A DNA stretch of 63,936 nucleotides from Eubacteriales bacterium. GTDB taxonomy: Bacteria; Bacillota; Clostridia; Oscillospirales; CAG-272. Every line of letters starts with the position of its first letter. Positions within the stretch are counted from its first letter, which is position 1. The stretch spans positions 1-63,936 of the forward strand of contig JAZOPN010000041.1 in the NCBI GenBank assembly GCA_045655565.1. Direction: 5' to 3'. The position numbers and the translations under genes were made by a program. Of this stretch, positions 7,971 to 16,656 are shown one piece after another. The notes under the pieces were generated by a model, which was given only the letters and a program-made list of their open reading frames with translations, made no database searches and had not been told where the DNA came from.

Positions 7971-10900
7971 ATGGCTAAAAAAAGAGAGATGGAGAAAAAG
8001 GTGGGTGCTCTACATAGAGCAGTCCCGATTATACTTATCGCTATCGCCGTATTCCTCGGAATATGCTTTATTACCGCGTCCGATACCGGTCTTTTGGGCG
8101 GTGCTATATCCGGCGCGCTCAAGGGACTTTTCTCGATTGGTGCGTATGCTATACCGTTTTTGATTGCGCTACACGCAATGCTCTACCTATCCGATGTCGA
8201 ACACGGCCGTGTTATACCTCGTGCGCTTCTGTCGCTACTTAGCCTTTTGGCGATCTCTATGCTCGGATATGTTATAAGTAATTGGGCTATCGAAGGTGTA
8301 TCATTCGACCTGCTTAGGTTTTACACCGAGGCAGAGGGTGTGCTGGCAGGAGGTGGCTTAATCGGCGGACTTCTCGCCTATCCATTAACCTTGTTTATAG
8401 ACAAGATTGGCACACTGATTGTTATATGCACCATACTCATTGTGTATCTAATATATCTCTTCTCCACCGGCAAGACACTTCTGGAGATGGGCAGGATTAT
8501 CATATACTGTATTCTCACCGTGTTTGCCTATATTGAGCGTGGGCTTAAGGCATTCTTCGGCTTATTTGGCAATAGGACGCGTCTAGCCAAAGAGAGCGAG
8601 CGTATAGACGGGATTACCGACGATGAGTTCTTTGATGTCGATAACGGGCTTATGCGTCTTGAGATTTCCGAGCTTGGGATTGTTGAGAGCAGAGATGCTG
8701 AGACACTGGAGACTAACCCAACACTTCACGAGCAGGTGCACCACAGAAGCGCGACGACCGATTATGAGCCGAGACGCGAGGATGTACCGACAGAGGATGC
8801 ACGAAGAGGACGAGTGATTGATATGAGCCTCGGCGGATGGGCAACCGAGACCGAGGATGAAGCTACGGCTTCCGTTGTGCGAGAGGATATTGTCGTGGAC
8901 GAGCCTCCTCATCGCGAGGATAACAGGCATAACGCTCCAACTGTTGACGAGGCACTTATGACGGATAGTGCTGATAGAGTGTTTACACGCGATTTCGACC
9001 CGTATAGCATTGCGGCGTCCGAGGAACTCTCAAACAAGCCGTCGTCTCGCGCGGATTTTGGTAGCACAGCAGGCATGACCGTCACCGAAAGTATAGATGA
9101 CATAACCGTCGAGGATTATGAAAGAAGACGACGCATAGAGGAGTTCGAGCGCGCTAAGCGCAGGGCGATGGCGACAAGAGAGCCAAAGCCTGTGACAAAT
9201 ACCGGTGAATATGTAGGTAAGCCGAAGAATATCGAGTACCGCGTACACGATACCGAAGAGATAGCAACACAAGCTCACTCCAGCATCGAGAGTGTTACTG
9301 TAACCGTCGAGAAGGTAGCCGGCGTACAGGTCGATGCTACCGAGACGGCATTTAGGCCGTATACAGTGCCTGTCGATAATAAACCAAAGGCGTCCGGTCT
9401 TGTATTTGAGGTCGATGGCGAAGAGGACATCAGGGAAAGCAACACCACCATAAGGATTGAGCGCACACCTATTGTTGAGGAAAGCACAGTATTCACCGTT
9501 GCTAAGCCCGACTTCACCGAGGATAGTGTGCTCGTGGATGCGGCCGTGGATAATGAAGAGGAAGAGATACGCAGGATTATCGAGGGCGAGGCATCTGCAA
9601 GAGCAGTTGAGGCGAGAGAGGTTGTTCACTCCATAACTCACACCTTCGATGAGAATGAAGATGAGAACGAGTTCGTAGAGGCTATGCCCGAGGAGGACGA
9701 GGATGTAGTCGAGGACGATATACCCGTCGAGGAGCAAAACCCCTATGTTTTGAACGCGAGAAACACATTTGATTTCTTCAGGCGCGAGGAAGAGGACAAT
9801 CCCGAAGAGGTAGCAGAGGATGCTCCCCTGGATGACGTCAGATTAACGGCGTCAACTATCGACAAAGACACCGATTTCGACATAGTCGAATATGATGAGG
9901 ATGAGCATAGTGACGAAGATGAGGACATGGAGTCGGATGAATACAAAGAGGTAGATGATATACCGCCATTCGATGTGATAAATCCCGCTCCTGCCCCCGA
10001 AGCACCAAAGAGGGAGCCGTCACCCAAGAAAAAGGACGAGTTCAAGCACTATAAGATGCCACCTCTTGACCTCTTGGCACTACCTCAGGTTGACGAGGAG
10101 GATGACGAGATCGCAAAGGAGGAAATCCGCGAGAATATCAAGACGATTGTTGAGACGCTCGCATCCTTCAATGTAACCGCATCTATAAAGGGCGTTGACC
10201 GTGGCCCGAGAATTACCAGATACGAGGTTGTACCGGCTAAGGGTGTAAGAGTAAATCAGATTACTACCCTATTCAATGACATTGTGCTCGCGCTGGCGGT
10301 TGAGGGCGTTCGTATGGAAGCCCCCATTCCCGGCAAGTCGGCAATCGGCTTCGAGATACCGAACAAGAAGTTCTGCACCGTTACTCTGCGCGAGTTGCTC
10401 GAAACCGGCGAATACCGGAACGCGACATCAACAACGTTTGTATGTGTTGGTAAGGATGTTGCCGGTGCTCCGGTGTTCGGAGAGATAGAAAAATATCCTC
10501 ACGCCCTTATCGCAGGTGCTACCAACATGGGTAAGTCGGTATGCATAAACTCGATAATACTTAGTATGCTCTACCACGCAAGGCCGGATGAGTTGAGATT
10601 TATTCTTATCGACCCGAAAAAGGTTGAGTTCAAGATTTACAGCGGTATCCCACACCTACTCGTGCCTGTTGTTACTGAGGCTAAGCAGGCGGCAGGCGCA
10701 CTAATGTGGGCAGTCGATGAGATGGAGCGCAGGTTTGACATTATGGAGGGCTGCAACGCCAAAAACATAAAGGAATACAATAGTATTGTCGCAAATGATC
10801 CGTCTGTCGGTGAGCGCTTCGCTAAAATTATAATAGTTATTGATGAGCTTAACGACCTAATGATGCAGGTAAGAGACCCGGTTGAGAGTCTGATTATGCG

Positions 10901-11552
10901 TTTAGCTCAAAAGGCAAGAGCGGCAGGAATACATCTGATTATCGGTACCCAGAGGCCGGATGTAAAGGTTATTACCGGTACAATCAAGGCTAATATTACG
11001 GCTCGTATGTCTTGTAAGGTTACCTCTCAGGTTGACTCGCGCACTATACTTGAAACCGTTGGTGCGGAGAAATTATTGCCGTACGGTGATATTCTCTATA
11101 AGCCACCGGAAAGGACTACGCCACTTCGTGTGCAGGGTGCGTTTGTATCTACTCCTGAGGTTGAGGCGGTTATAAGCTTCATCAAGGAGCAGATAACAGG
11201 TGATCACTATGACGAGGCAGTGCTGGCTGAAATCAACAAAGCGGCACAAAAGTGTGGCAAGAAGGGCGGCTCTAGCGCGTCTGATGATGATATGGACGAC
11301 GGTGATGACGAGTGCGGATATTATGGCGACCAGCAATTCTTAGACTCTGTTGAGGTTGCTATACGCCAGGGCAAGGTATCGACATCCATGCTGCAAAGAA
11401 AGCTGAAGATCGGTTTCTCTAAGGCGGCGAGATACGTCGATGCTATGGAAGAAATCGGCATTGTATCCGAGCCTAACGGACAGAAACCGCGCGATGTGCT
11501 CATCACTATGGACGAATGGTATGAGAAGCTCTCGCGTGTAAATATGGACTAA
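7971..11552 (+). CDS. ftsK: DNA translocase FtsK/SpoIIIE with a long acidic linker
   Basis: N-terminal multi-pass membrane domain. Motor domain with Walker A 'AGATNMGKS' and Walker B 'IIVIDELNDL'. C-terminal gamma winged-helix 'STSMLQRKLKIGFSKAARYVDAMEEIGIV'. Confidence 0.9.
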   Translation: MAKKREMEKKVGALHRAVPIILIAIAVFLGICFITASDTGLLGGAISGALKGLFSIGAYAIPFLIALHAMLYLSDVEHGRVIPRALLSLLSLLAISMLGYVISNWAIEGVSFDLLRFYTEAEGVLAGGGLIGGLLAYPLTLFIDKIGTLIVICTILIVYLIYLFSTGKTLLEMGRIIIYCILTVFAYIERGLKAFFGLFGNRTRLAKESERIDGITDDEFFDVDNGLMRLEISELGIVESRDAETLETNPTLHEQVHHRSATTDYEPRREDVPTEDARRGRVIDMSLGGWATETEDEATASVVREDIVVDEPPHREDNRHNAPTVDEALMTDSADRVFTRDFDPYSIAASEELSNKPSSRADFGSTAGMTVTESIDDITVEDYERRRRIEEFERAKRRAMATREPKPVTNTGEYVGKPKNIEYRVHDTEEIATQAHSSIESVTVTVEKVAGVQVDATETAFRPYTVPVDNKPKASGLVFEVDGEEDIRESNTTIRIERTPIVEESTVFTVAKPDFTEDSVLVDAAVDNEEEEIRRIIEGEASARAVEAREVVHSITHTFDENEDENEFVEAMPEEDEDVVEDDIPVEEQNPYVLNARNTFDFFRREEEDNPEEVAEDAPLDDVRLTASTIDKDTDFDIVEYDEDEHSDEDEDMESDEYKEVDDIPPFDVINPAPAPEAPKREPSPKKKDEFKHYKMPPLDLLALPQVDEEDDEIAKEEIRENIKTIVETLASFNVTASIKGVDRGPRITRYEVVPAKGVRVNQITTLFNDIVLALAVEGVRMEAPIPGKSAIGFEIPNKKFCTVTLRELLETGEYRNATSTTFVCVGKDVAGAPVFGEIEKYPHALIAGATNMGKSVCINSIILSMLYHARPDELRFILIDPKKVEFKIYSGIPHLLVPVVTEAKQAAGALMWAVDEMERRFDIMEGCNAKNIKEYNSIVANDPSVGERFAKIIIVIDELNDLMMQVRDPVESLIMRLAQKARAAGIHLIIGTQRPDVKVITGTIKANITARMSCKVTSQVDSRTILETVGAEKLLPYGDILYKPPERTTPLRVQGAFVSTPEVEAVISFIKEQITGDHYDEAVLAEINKAAQKCGKKGGSSASDDDMDDGDDECGYYGDQQFLDSVEVAIRQGKVSTSMLQRKLKIGFSKAARYVDAMEEIGIVSEPNGQKPRDVLITMDEWYEKLSRVNMD

Positions 11553-11627
11553 CGAATTAGGGCTGTTACATCCTTGATTACAGAAGCATCTGTTGAACAG
11601 CCCGTAACAAACTAACAGGAGAAAGAT

Positions 11628-12170
11628 ATGGTTTTAGTTATGCTTGCAGAGGGCTTCGAGGAAATCGAGGCGCTAACACCCGTTGATATTATGCGTAGAT
11701 GCGGGATAGATGTTATGACTGTTGGCATTTCGGGAAAGACGGTTACAGGCTCTCACAGCATTCCTGTTGTGGCTGATATTTTGCCCGAGGAAATACCGAC
11801 AGAGGGTATAGAAATGGTTGTTTTCCCAGGCGGTATGCCCGGATCTATTAATCTCGATGCCTCTCCTTTAACCGACAAGGTATTAGAGCTAGCTAAGAGC
11901 TGTTGCGCGCATATCGCGGCTATTTGTGCAGCGCCGCTCATTCTTGGGCGCAGAGGGCTTCTCTCAGGCAAGCACGCAACCTGCTTCCCCGGCTTTGAGG
12001 ACGAGCTGCGCGGTGCGATATATGTCAAAACCAATGTTGTTACCGATGGCAATATAACAACAGCATCCGGTATGACGGTTGCACTTGATTTTGCAAATGA
12101 GTTGACTAGAGTTCTCCAAGAAAAAGACGAGCGAGTGCTCGACCACTCCACTTCGTCAAGCAAAGACTAA
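11628..12170 (+). CDS. DJ-1/PfpI family protein
   Basis: 180 aa. Nucleophile-elbow 'AAICAAP' and a 'LAEGFEEIE' N-terminus, as in DJ-1/ThiJ proteins. Confidence 0.85.
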   Translation: MVLVMLAEGFEEIEALTPVDIMRRCGIDVMTVGISGKTVTGSHSIPVVADILPEEIPTEGIEMVVFPGGMPGSINLDASPLTDKVLELAKSCCAHIAAICAAPLILGRRGLLSGKHATCFPGFEDELRGAIYVKTNVVTDGNITTASGMTVALDFANELTRVLQEKDERVLDHSTSSSKD

Positions 12171-12359
12171 AAGGGCACATCAGCCGCTGAAGAAAATCAC
12201 CATAAGAAGGACAATATTCATCATAGGTAAGCGATAAGTGCTTTCTGAGTTCGGTTGAGGCAGTTATAGCCGAAGAGAGCCGAACTCACTAATCCTTTGC
12301 AAGTTAAACAGTATATCAAACTACTAAAAAACTAAAAAAACAGACACGGGGTACCACTA

Positions 12360-13004
12360 ATGGATAAAAGTGTACTTAGACAGCAGATTGCGTTTCGTTG
12401 CCCGGAATGCGGTGTAGCGACCGTTGGATTTCTCGGCGGGCTTGCACAAGTTTCGGATATGTTGAGGCTGAAGTGCGAGTGCGGCGCGTATATGCTGGAT
12501 ATAAAAAAAGAAGCCGAAGGTAAAGTTCGGCTGAATGTTCCTTGCGTTTATTGCAAGGATATACATACATATATTGTTAAGACGGATGTAATTACAAGGC
12601 AAGAGACCACCCGTCTTTCTTGTCCTCATTCAGGGCAGGATATACTCTTCATAGCAGAGAGCGCCGCTATGGGTGATGAGCTTAACCGTTCCGCTAACGA
12701 GCTGGAGAGAATACTCGCCTCTTTCGAGGCTGATGATATCAGTGATATTCAGCCTCACGAGATAGATGAGGGCGAGGCGGCTCCGGATGCAGGTATATTT
12801 GATGTGCTTAATTTTGTATTACGCGACCTAGAGGATGCAGATAGTGTAAAATGCCCCTGCGGCAAAGGCCCGTATGACTTACGCTTCACCGATGAGGGGG
12901 CAGAGGCGCATTGCATAGAGTGCGGTGCAACATATACATTCTATGCTAAGTCGCAGGCTATGGCAGAGAGTTATCTCTCGCTTGATAGTATTACTCTTAA
13001 GTAA
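12360..13004 (+). CDS. hypothetical Cys-rich protein (three zinc-ribbon-like ligand sets, acidic linker)
   Basis: 214 aa. Ligand pairs C14xxC17 / C39xC41, C62xxC65 / C88xH90, and C-terminal 'CPC...CIEC'. No family recognised. Confidence 0.6.
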   Translation: MDKSVLRQQIAFRCPECGVATVGFLGGLAQVSDMLRLKCECGAYMLDIKKEAEGKVRLNVPCVYCKDIHTYIVKTDVITRQETTRLSCPHSGQDILFIAESAAMGDELNRSANELERILASFEADDISDIQPHEIDEGEAAPDAGIFDVLNFVLRDLEDADSVKCPCGKGPYDLRFTDEGAEAHCIECGATYTFYAKSQAMAESYLSLDSITLK

Positions 13005-13015
13005 TCTCTAACCTA

Positions 13016-13585
13016 TCAGCTTAGGTCATAGTAATCGAGGATACCGTTATATATTCCCCTTGCAAACAACTCAGGGGAGTATGCCATAAGCTGGGCATCG
13101 TAGGCATTGCTAATGAAGCCCATCTCGACAAGAACTGCCGGCATTGTTGTTTCCTTCAGAACATATAGACCCGGTCGCTCTACAATCCCCCTATTTCTTA
13201 GGCCTGTTGCAGCAGTTAGACTCTCCAGGATATCCTCTGCAAGCTCATATGCTACGCGTGAGGTCGTGCTGTATATAAGTGCTTCAGAGCCTGTGGCATT
13301 TGGGTTTGCAGCGGCGTTGGTATGCAGAGAGAGAAAGATATCTGCGGGCCAGGAATTTGCCTCTCTTACTCGTGTAGTTAGGCTCGATGAGTTGCTTGTA
13401 CCAAGGACGGTATCATCCGTGGGGCGTGACAATCTAACCTCAAAATTGGGGTTGGCACTTAGCAGTCGATATAATCGTACGCCTATATCGTAGGTTATAT
13501 CCTGCTCATAAAAGCCATTCCCCTCTGCACCCGTGTTAAAATCTCTGGGATTATGCCCTTGGTCAATATAAATCTTTATACTCAA
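13016..13585 (-). CDS. N-acetylmuramoyl-L-alanine amidase (Amidase_3 domain only, no signal peptide)
   Basis: 'IYIDQGHN...GA', 'FLSLHTNA' and 'VLVEMGFISN' are the Zn-ligand blocks of Amidase_3 (CwlD-like). Confidence 0.85.
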   Translation of the reverse strand: MSIKIYIDQGHNPRDFNTGAEGNGFYEQDITYDIGVRLYRLLSANPNFEVRLSRPTDDTVLGTSNSSSLTTRVREANSWPADIFLSLHTNAAANPNATGSEALIYSTTSRVAYELAEDILESLTAATGLRNRGIVERPGLYVLKETTMPAVLVEMGFISNAYDAQLMAYSPELFARGIYNGILDYYDLS

Positions 13586-13638
13586 TTTACATCCCTCCTT
13601 TTTTAGTAGTATATGCGTTGGTTGGCGTAGGAGTTAAT

Positions 13639-14394
13639 ATGAATGAAATGAAAAGAATGCTCAGTTTTGTAAGACGGGCAGTTGATGACTATAATATGAT
13701 AGATGACGGGGACAGAATTGCCGTCGGTGTATCGGGTGGCAAGGATTCCTTAACACTAGTCGAGGTTTTATCAGAACTTAGGCGTTTCTATCCAAAATCC
13801 TTTGAAATTGTTGCTATTACGGTGGATATGGGCTTTGATGGGTCAGATTACTCCGAAATAGAGGAATTCTGCCGTCGCATCAAGGTAGAATACAGAATTG
13901 TGAAGACCGAAATTTCGAAGATAATTTTCGATGTAAGGAAAGAGAAGAACCCCTGCTCGCTGTGCGCTAAGATGAGACGCGGTTCTCTGCACGCTGAGGC
14001 GGTGGATGCAGGGTGCAACAAGGTTGCGCTCGGGCATCACTATGATGACGCAGTAGAGACCTTTATGATGAACCTATTCTTCGAGGGGCGGCTCGGGTGT
14101 TTCTCGCCCGTTTCCTACCTATCTAACAGGAAAATAACTCTTATAAGACCGATGATTTATGCGACGGAGAAGGATGTGCAGTATTTTGTTAGGCGCAGGA
14201 CACTTCCTGTAATTCAGTCGCTTTGCCCCGAGGACCACGCGACAGAACGAGAGAATATGAAAAATCTCTTGGCAGAACTTGAGCGCGACAACAAGGGTGT
14301 TAAGCACAGAATATTCCACGCTATGTGCGCGTCGGGAATTGATGGCTTCAAGGAACTGAGAAGATACCCCGATGCGGGTAAGATCGAGGATTGA
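13639..14394 (+). CDS. TtcA-like PP-loop ATPase (tRNA thiolation family)
   Basis: PP-loop 'SGGKDS' and 'CSLCAKMRRG' Cys motifs. Start moved to ATG 13639 (AGGAG 5 nt upstream) instead of the TTG at 13618. Confidence 0.8.
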   Translation: MNEMKRMLSFVRRAVDDYNMIDDGDRIAVGVSGGKDSLTLVEVLSELRRFYPKSFEIVAITVDMGFDGSDYSEIEEFCRRIKVEYRIVKTEISKIIFDVRKEKNPCSLCAKMRRGSLHAEAVDAGCNKVALGHHYDDAVETFMMNLFFEGRLGCFSPVSYLSNRKITLIRPMIYATEKDVQYFVRRRTLPVIQSLCPEDHATERENMKNLLAELERDNKGVKHRIFHAMCASGIDGFKELRRYPDAGKIED

Positions 14395-14429
14395 AGCATT
14401 GAAATCGACCATCACTAACGTATAGTACA

Positions 14430-14482
14430 AAAAGACGACTTACCTCGCCCTATAAAATGGGGGGAGAATAAGTCGTTTTTCT
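14430..14482. terminator. bidirectional intrinsic terminator
   Basis: Stem acgactta (14435-14442) / taagtcgt (14469-14476) with inner ctc-ccc/ggg-gag pairing. T5 tail on the plus strand and an A5 left flank (U tail on the minus strand). It lies between convergent genes. Confidence 0.75.
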
Positions 14483-14501
14483 ACTTTTAATCTATTTTGA
14501 G

Positions 14502-14770
14502 TTACGTAAGCCTGTCATAGTCCCTGGCGTATGATGTCTCACGACTCCTGCCCTGACGGAATACAAGCTTATCGTCGTTTAGCTCCTCATCCGAGAGGAA
14601 GCCGTTGGTGTGAACAACATATACTCCCTCCTCACAGCGGTCTGTGCGACCGAGGATAACCCTATCGCCCTTTTTGATATTTCTGTTTCCACGGCATAAG
14701 ATACGCTAGGTGCATTTAGGAAATGTGCCTCTGTAAAGTTGGGGTGTCTATACTTGGGCATCTCAAACAC
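14502..14770 (-). pseudogene. small ORF interrupted by a 1-nt frameshift at an A5 run
   Basis: GTG 14770 (AGGAG 7 nt upstream) opens a frame that reads MFEMPKYRHPNFTEAHFLNAPSVSYAVETEISK. At the A5 run (14671-14675) a -1 shift continues as KGDRVILGRTDRCEEGVYVVHTNGFLSDEELNDDKLVFRQGRSRETSYARDYDRLT and stops at 14502. The second frame has no start codon of its own. Confidence 0.5.
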
Positions 14771-14784
14771 AGTCCTTCTCCTGA

Positions 14785-15717
14785 CTATTTTAATGGTATT
14801 CTACACCCCGGTTCCAGTGTTATACAGCTACCCGAAAGTTTAAGGTATATTGTAGTATCTGCTCTATTGATTATATAATCATCAACGACGGACAGTCGCA
14901 TTGTGGCGGTTTGGTAGTCAAAAATCTCGCCAACGGTAGCATACCAAAATTCAGTCGGCCTATTACCATAAAGAGTTGCAAATGTGCACAGGTCATTCCA
15001 ATTCCCCGACCTTTCGAAGTCTACCGAGTGGACACCGAATGCGAACATTTTGAGTTCACCATCGTCTGGGATGTCATCATACTTTTTAGCAACCTGCAAT
15101 AGGTTTAGGTGAACTGCATTGTACGACCAACTCATTCTATCCTTTGGTATGTTAAAGGCATCCTTATCAAGAGTAGCACCCGTGCGCCTGACGCTCCTAT
15201 AACCGCGTTCTTGTAGGTGTGACATTACCATCTCGGACTTCTGTTCTCCAAATGGCCATACAAAGTCGCGCACAGTACCATTGCCAAATACATCTTCGAT
15301 TTCGGCCTTAGCCATATCTACCAGTTTGCAATAAAGCTCAGGTCGGGCAATAAGTCGCCAACCGCGCGCGAAGTGGATATAATATAGGCCGTCGTGGTTG
15401 GGATGCGGATAAAGCTTGTCCACATCCGAGCACTCGTGCGAAAATGGCTCATCGGAAAATGCGTACTCCGCGCCATCGGCAAAGCAATATGGGTGTGCCT
15501 TACAGTGATTGGCAATTTCAGAGCCACGATAGGTCTCTCGGTATTGTTCTATTGTATATCTATCAAGCCTACAGCCCGTAAGATTAAATGTTCCTCTAAT
15601 TCCCGCGGGGGATAGAATAGATAATAGTTTTGCATCGTGTCGTATGTCACCATCATCAATAGTAAAGGTTATAGCCTTCTTACTATAATTGGGATAACAA
15701 ACCTCAAAGCGTTTCAT
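14785..15717 (-). CDS. polysaccharide deacetylase (NodB-homology) family protein
   Basis: 'ITFTIDDGD' NodB motif 1 near the N-terminus. Start moved to ATG 15717 (MKRFEV...) because the longer ORF would overlap the 3' end of cysE. Confidence 0.7.
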   Translation of the reverse strand: MKRFEVCYPNYSKKAITFTIDDGDIRHDAKLLSILSPAGIRGTFNLTGCRLDRYTIEQYRETYRGSEIANHCKAHPYCFADGAEYAFSDEPFSHECSDVDKLYPHPNHDGLYYIHFARGWRLIARPELYCKLVDMAKAEIEDVFGNGTVRDFVWPFGEQKSEMVMSHLQERGYRSVRRTGATLDKDAFNIPKDRMSWSYNAVHLNLLQVAKKYDDIPDDGELKMFAFGVHSVDFERSGNWNDLCTFATLYGNRPTEFWYATVGEIFDYQTATMRLSVVDDYIINRADTTIYLKLSGSCITLEPGCRIPLK

Positions 15718-15737
15718 AAAAATACCTTTTTTTAGAT

Positions 15738-16583
15738 CTAATGCTTGCCGTAATAGACAACTGTGCCGGGCGCAACAGACGAGGTTAACCATACGCTCGC
15801 ACCTATTACAGAGCCGTCGCCAATCTTAGTGTTGCCGCCGAGTATGGTCGCATTTGCATAAATAACGCAGTTGTTGCCGATATCGGGATGACGCTTAATC
15901 CCCTTTATGGGATTACCGTCCTCGCCAACCTCGAAGCTCTTAGCGCCGAGGGTAACACCCTGGTAAATCTTAACACGAGAGCCTATCGTAGTGGTCTCGC
16001 CGATTACAATACCTGTACCGTGGTCGATGAAGAAATACTCGCCGATTGTCGCGCCCGCATGGATATCAATGCCCGTCTTTTCGTGGGCGTACTCGGTCAT
16101 AATGCGCGAGATGTACGGTATCTTATTGACATAAAATTCATGGGCTATGCGGTATATTGATATAGCGTAGAAACCGGGATAACAGAGGATAACCTCCTCG
16201 GGCGTGCGAGCTGCAGGGTCCCCCTCGTATATTGCCTGCACATCCTTTAGAAGCATCGCCTTGATTGACGGTAAGGTCTCAAGTATTTTATATGCATATT
16301 CCTCGGTATCTACGATAGCCGCCTCATCAAGGAAAGCAAATGCAGCGGTAATCTGACGCTTAAGCATCGATAATATATCCGAGATTAGTTCTCTATCACT
16401 TCCCTTGTAGCCATCAAGCTTAAAGTAATCGGGAAACATAAGCGACTGCAAACACTTTAATATATTAATGATAGCCTTCCTATCGGGGACCATATATGTG
16501 TGCTCGTGAAAATACCTGCACCGTCCCTCATCTGTACGAGAGAGCTCCACGAGAATGCTATCTAAACGATCATTACTATTCAA
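15738..16583 (-). CDS. cysE: serine O-acetyltransferase
   Basis: Left-handed beta-helix hexapeptide repeats 'DIHAGATIGEYFFIDHGTGIVIGETTTIG' following a long helical N-domain. TTG start with GGAGG 7 nt upstream. Confidence 0.9.
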   Translation of the reverse strand: MNSNDRLDSILVELSRTDEGRCRYFHEHTYMVPDRKAIINILKCLQSLMFPDYFKLDGYKGSDRELISDILSMLKRQITAAFAFLDEAAIVDTEEYAYKILETLPSIKAMLLKDVQAIYEGDPAARTPEEVILCYPGFYAISIYRIAHEFYVNKIPYISRIMTEYAHEKTGIDIHAGATIGEYFFIDHGTGIVIGETTTIGSRVKIYQGVTLGAKSFEVGEDGNPIKGIKRHPDIGNNCVIYANATILGGNTKIGDGSVIGASVWLTSSVAPGTVVYYGKH

Positions 16584-16597
16584 TTTAATTCCTCCAT

Positions 16598-16639
16598 ACT
16601 ACAAAGGGCGACCATTCCTCGATGGGGTTTGGTCGCCCT
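16598..16639 (-). terminator. hairpin downstream of the 823-aa gene (weak U tail)
   Basis: agggcgacca (16605-16614) / tggtcgccct (16630-16639), a 10-bp GC-rich stem. The minus-strand tail is TTGTAGT. The cysE ribosome-binding site follows immediately, so read-through is likely. Confidence 0.5.
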
Positions 16640-16656
16640 AACTATCCACAAAAGGA

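Noticed and set aside
9030-9737. 235-aa minus-strand ORF (plus several 60-115-aa ORFs between 8583 and 10045)
   Set aside because: They are antisense or out of frame within the acidic FtsK linker. GAN-rich sense codons leave the opposite strand free of stop codons.
11560-11603. Hairpin gggctgtt…aacagccc between ftsK and the DJ-1 gene
   Set aside because: It has an 8-bp stem with a 28-nt loop and no U-tail. It could be a weak processing element, but nothing distinguishes it from chance structure.
15718-15792. N-terminal extensions of several listed ORFs (also 30268-30309, 31725-31769, 40925-41029, 47550-47678, 50357-50416, 51601-51645, 19129-19149, 13618-13638, 43662-43673)
   Set aside because: The longer starts overlap the preceding gene, a promoter or a hairpin, and they lack a Shine-Dalgarno site. 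In each case an internal ATG with a good AGGAGG-type ribosome-binding site gives the canonical family N-terminus or a signal peptide.
16584-16656. Possible T-box or riboswitch upstream of cysE
   Set aside because: The spacer is only 73 nt and is fully explained by one terminator-like hairpin plus the cysE ribosome-binding site.
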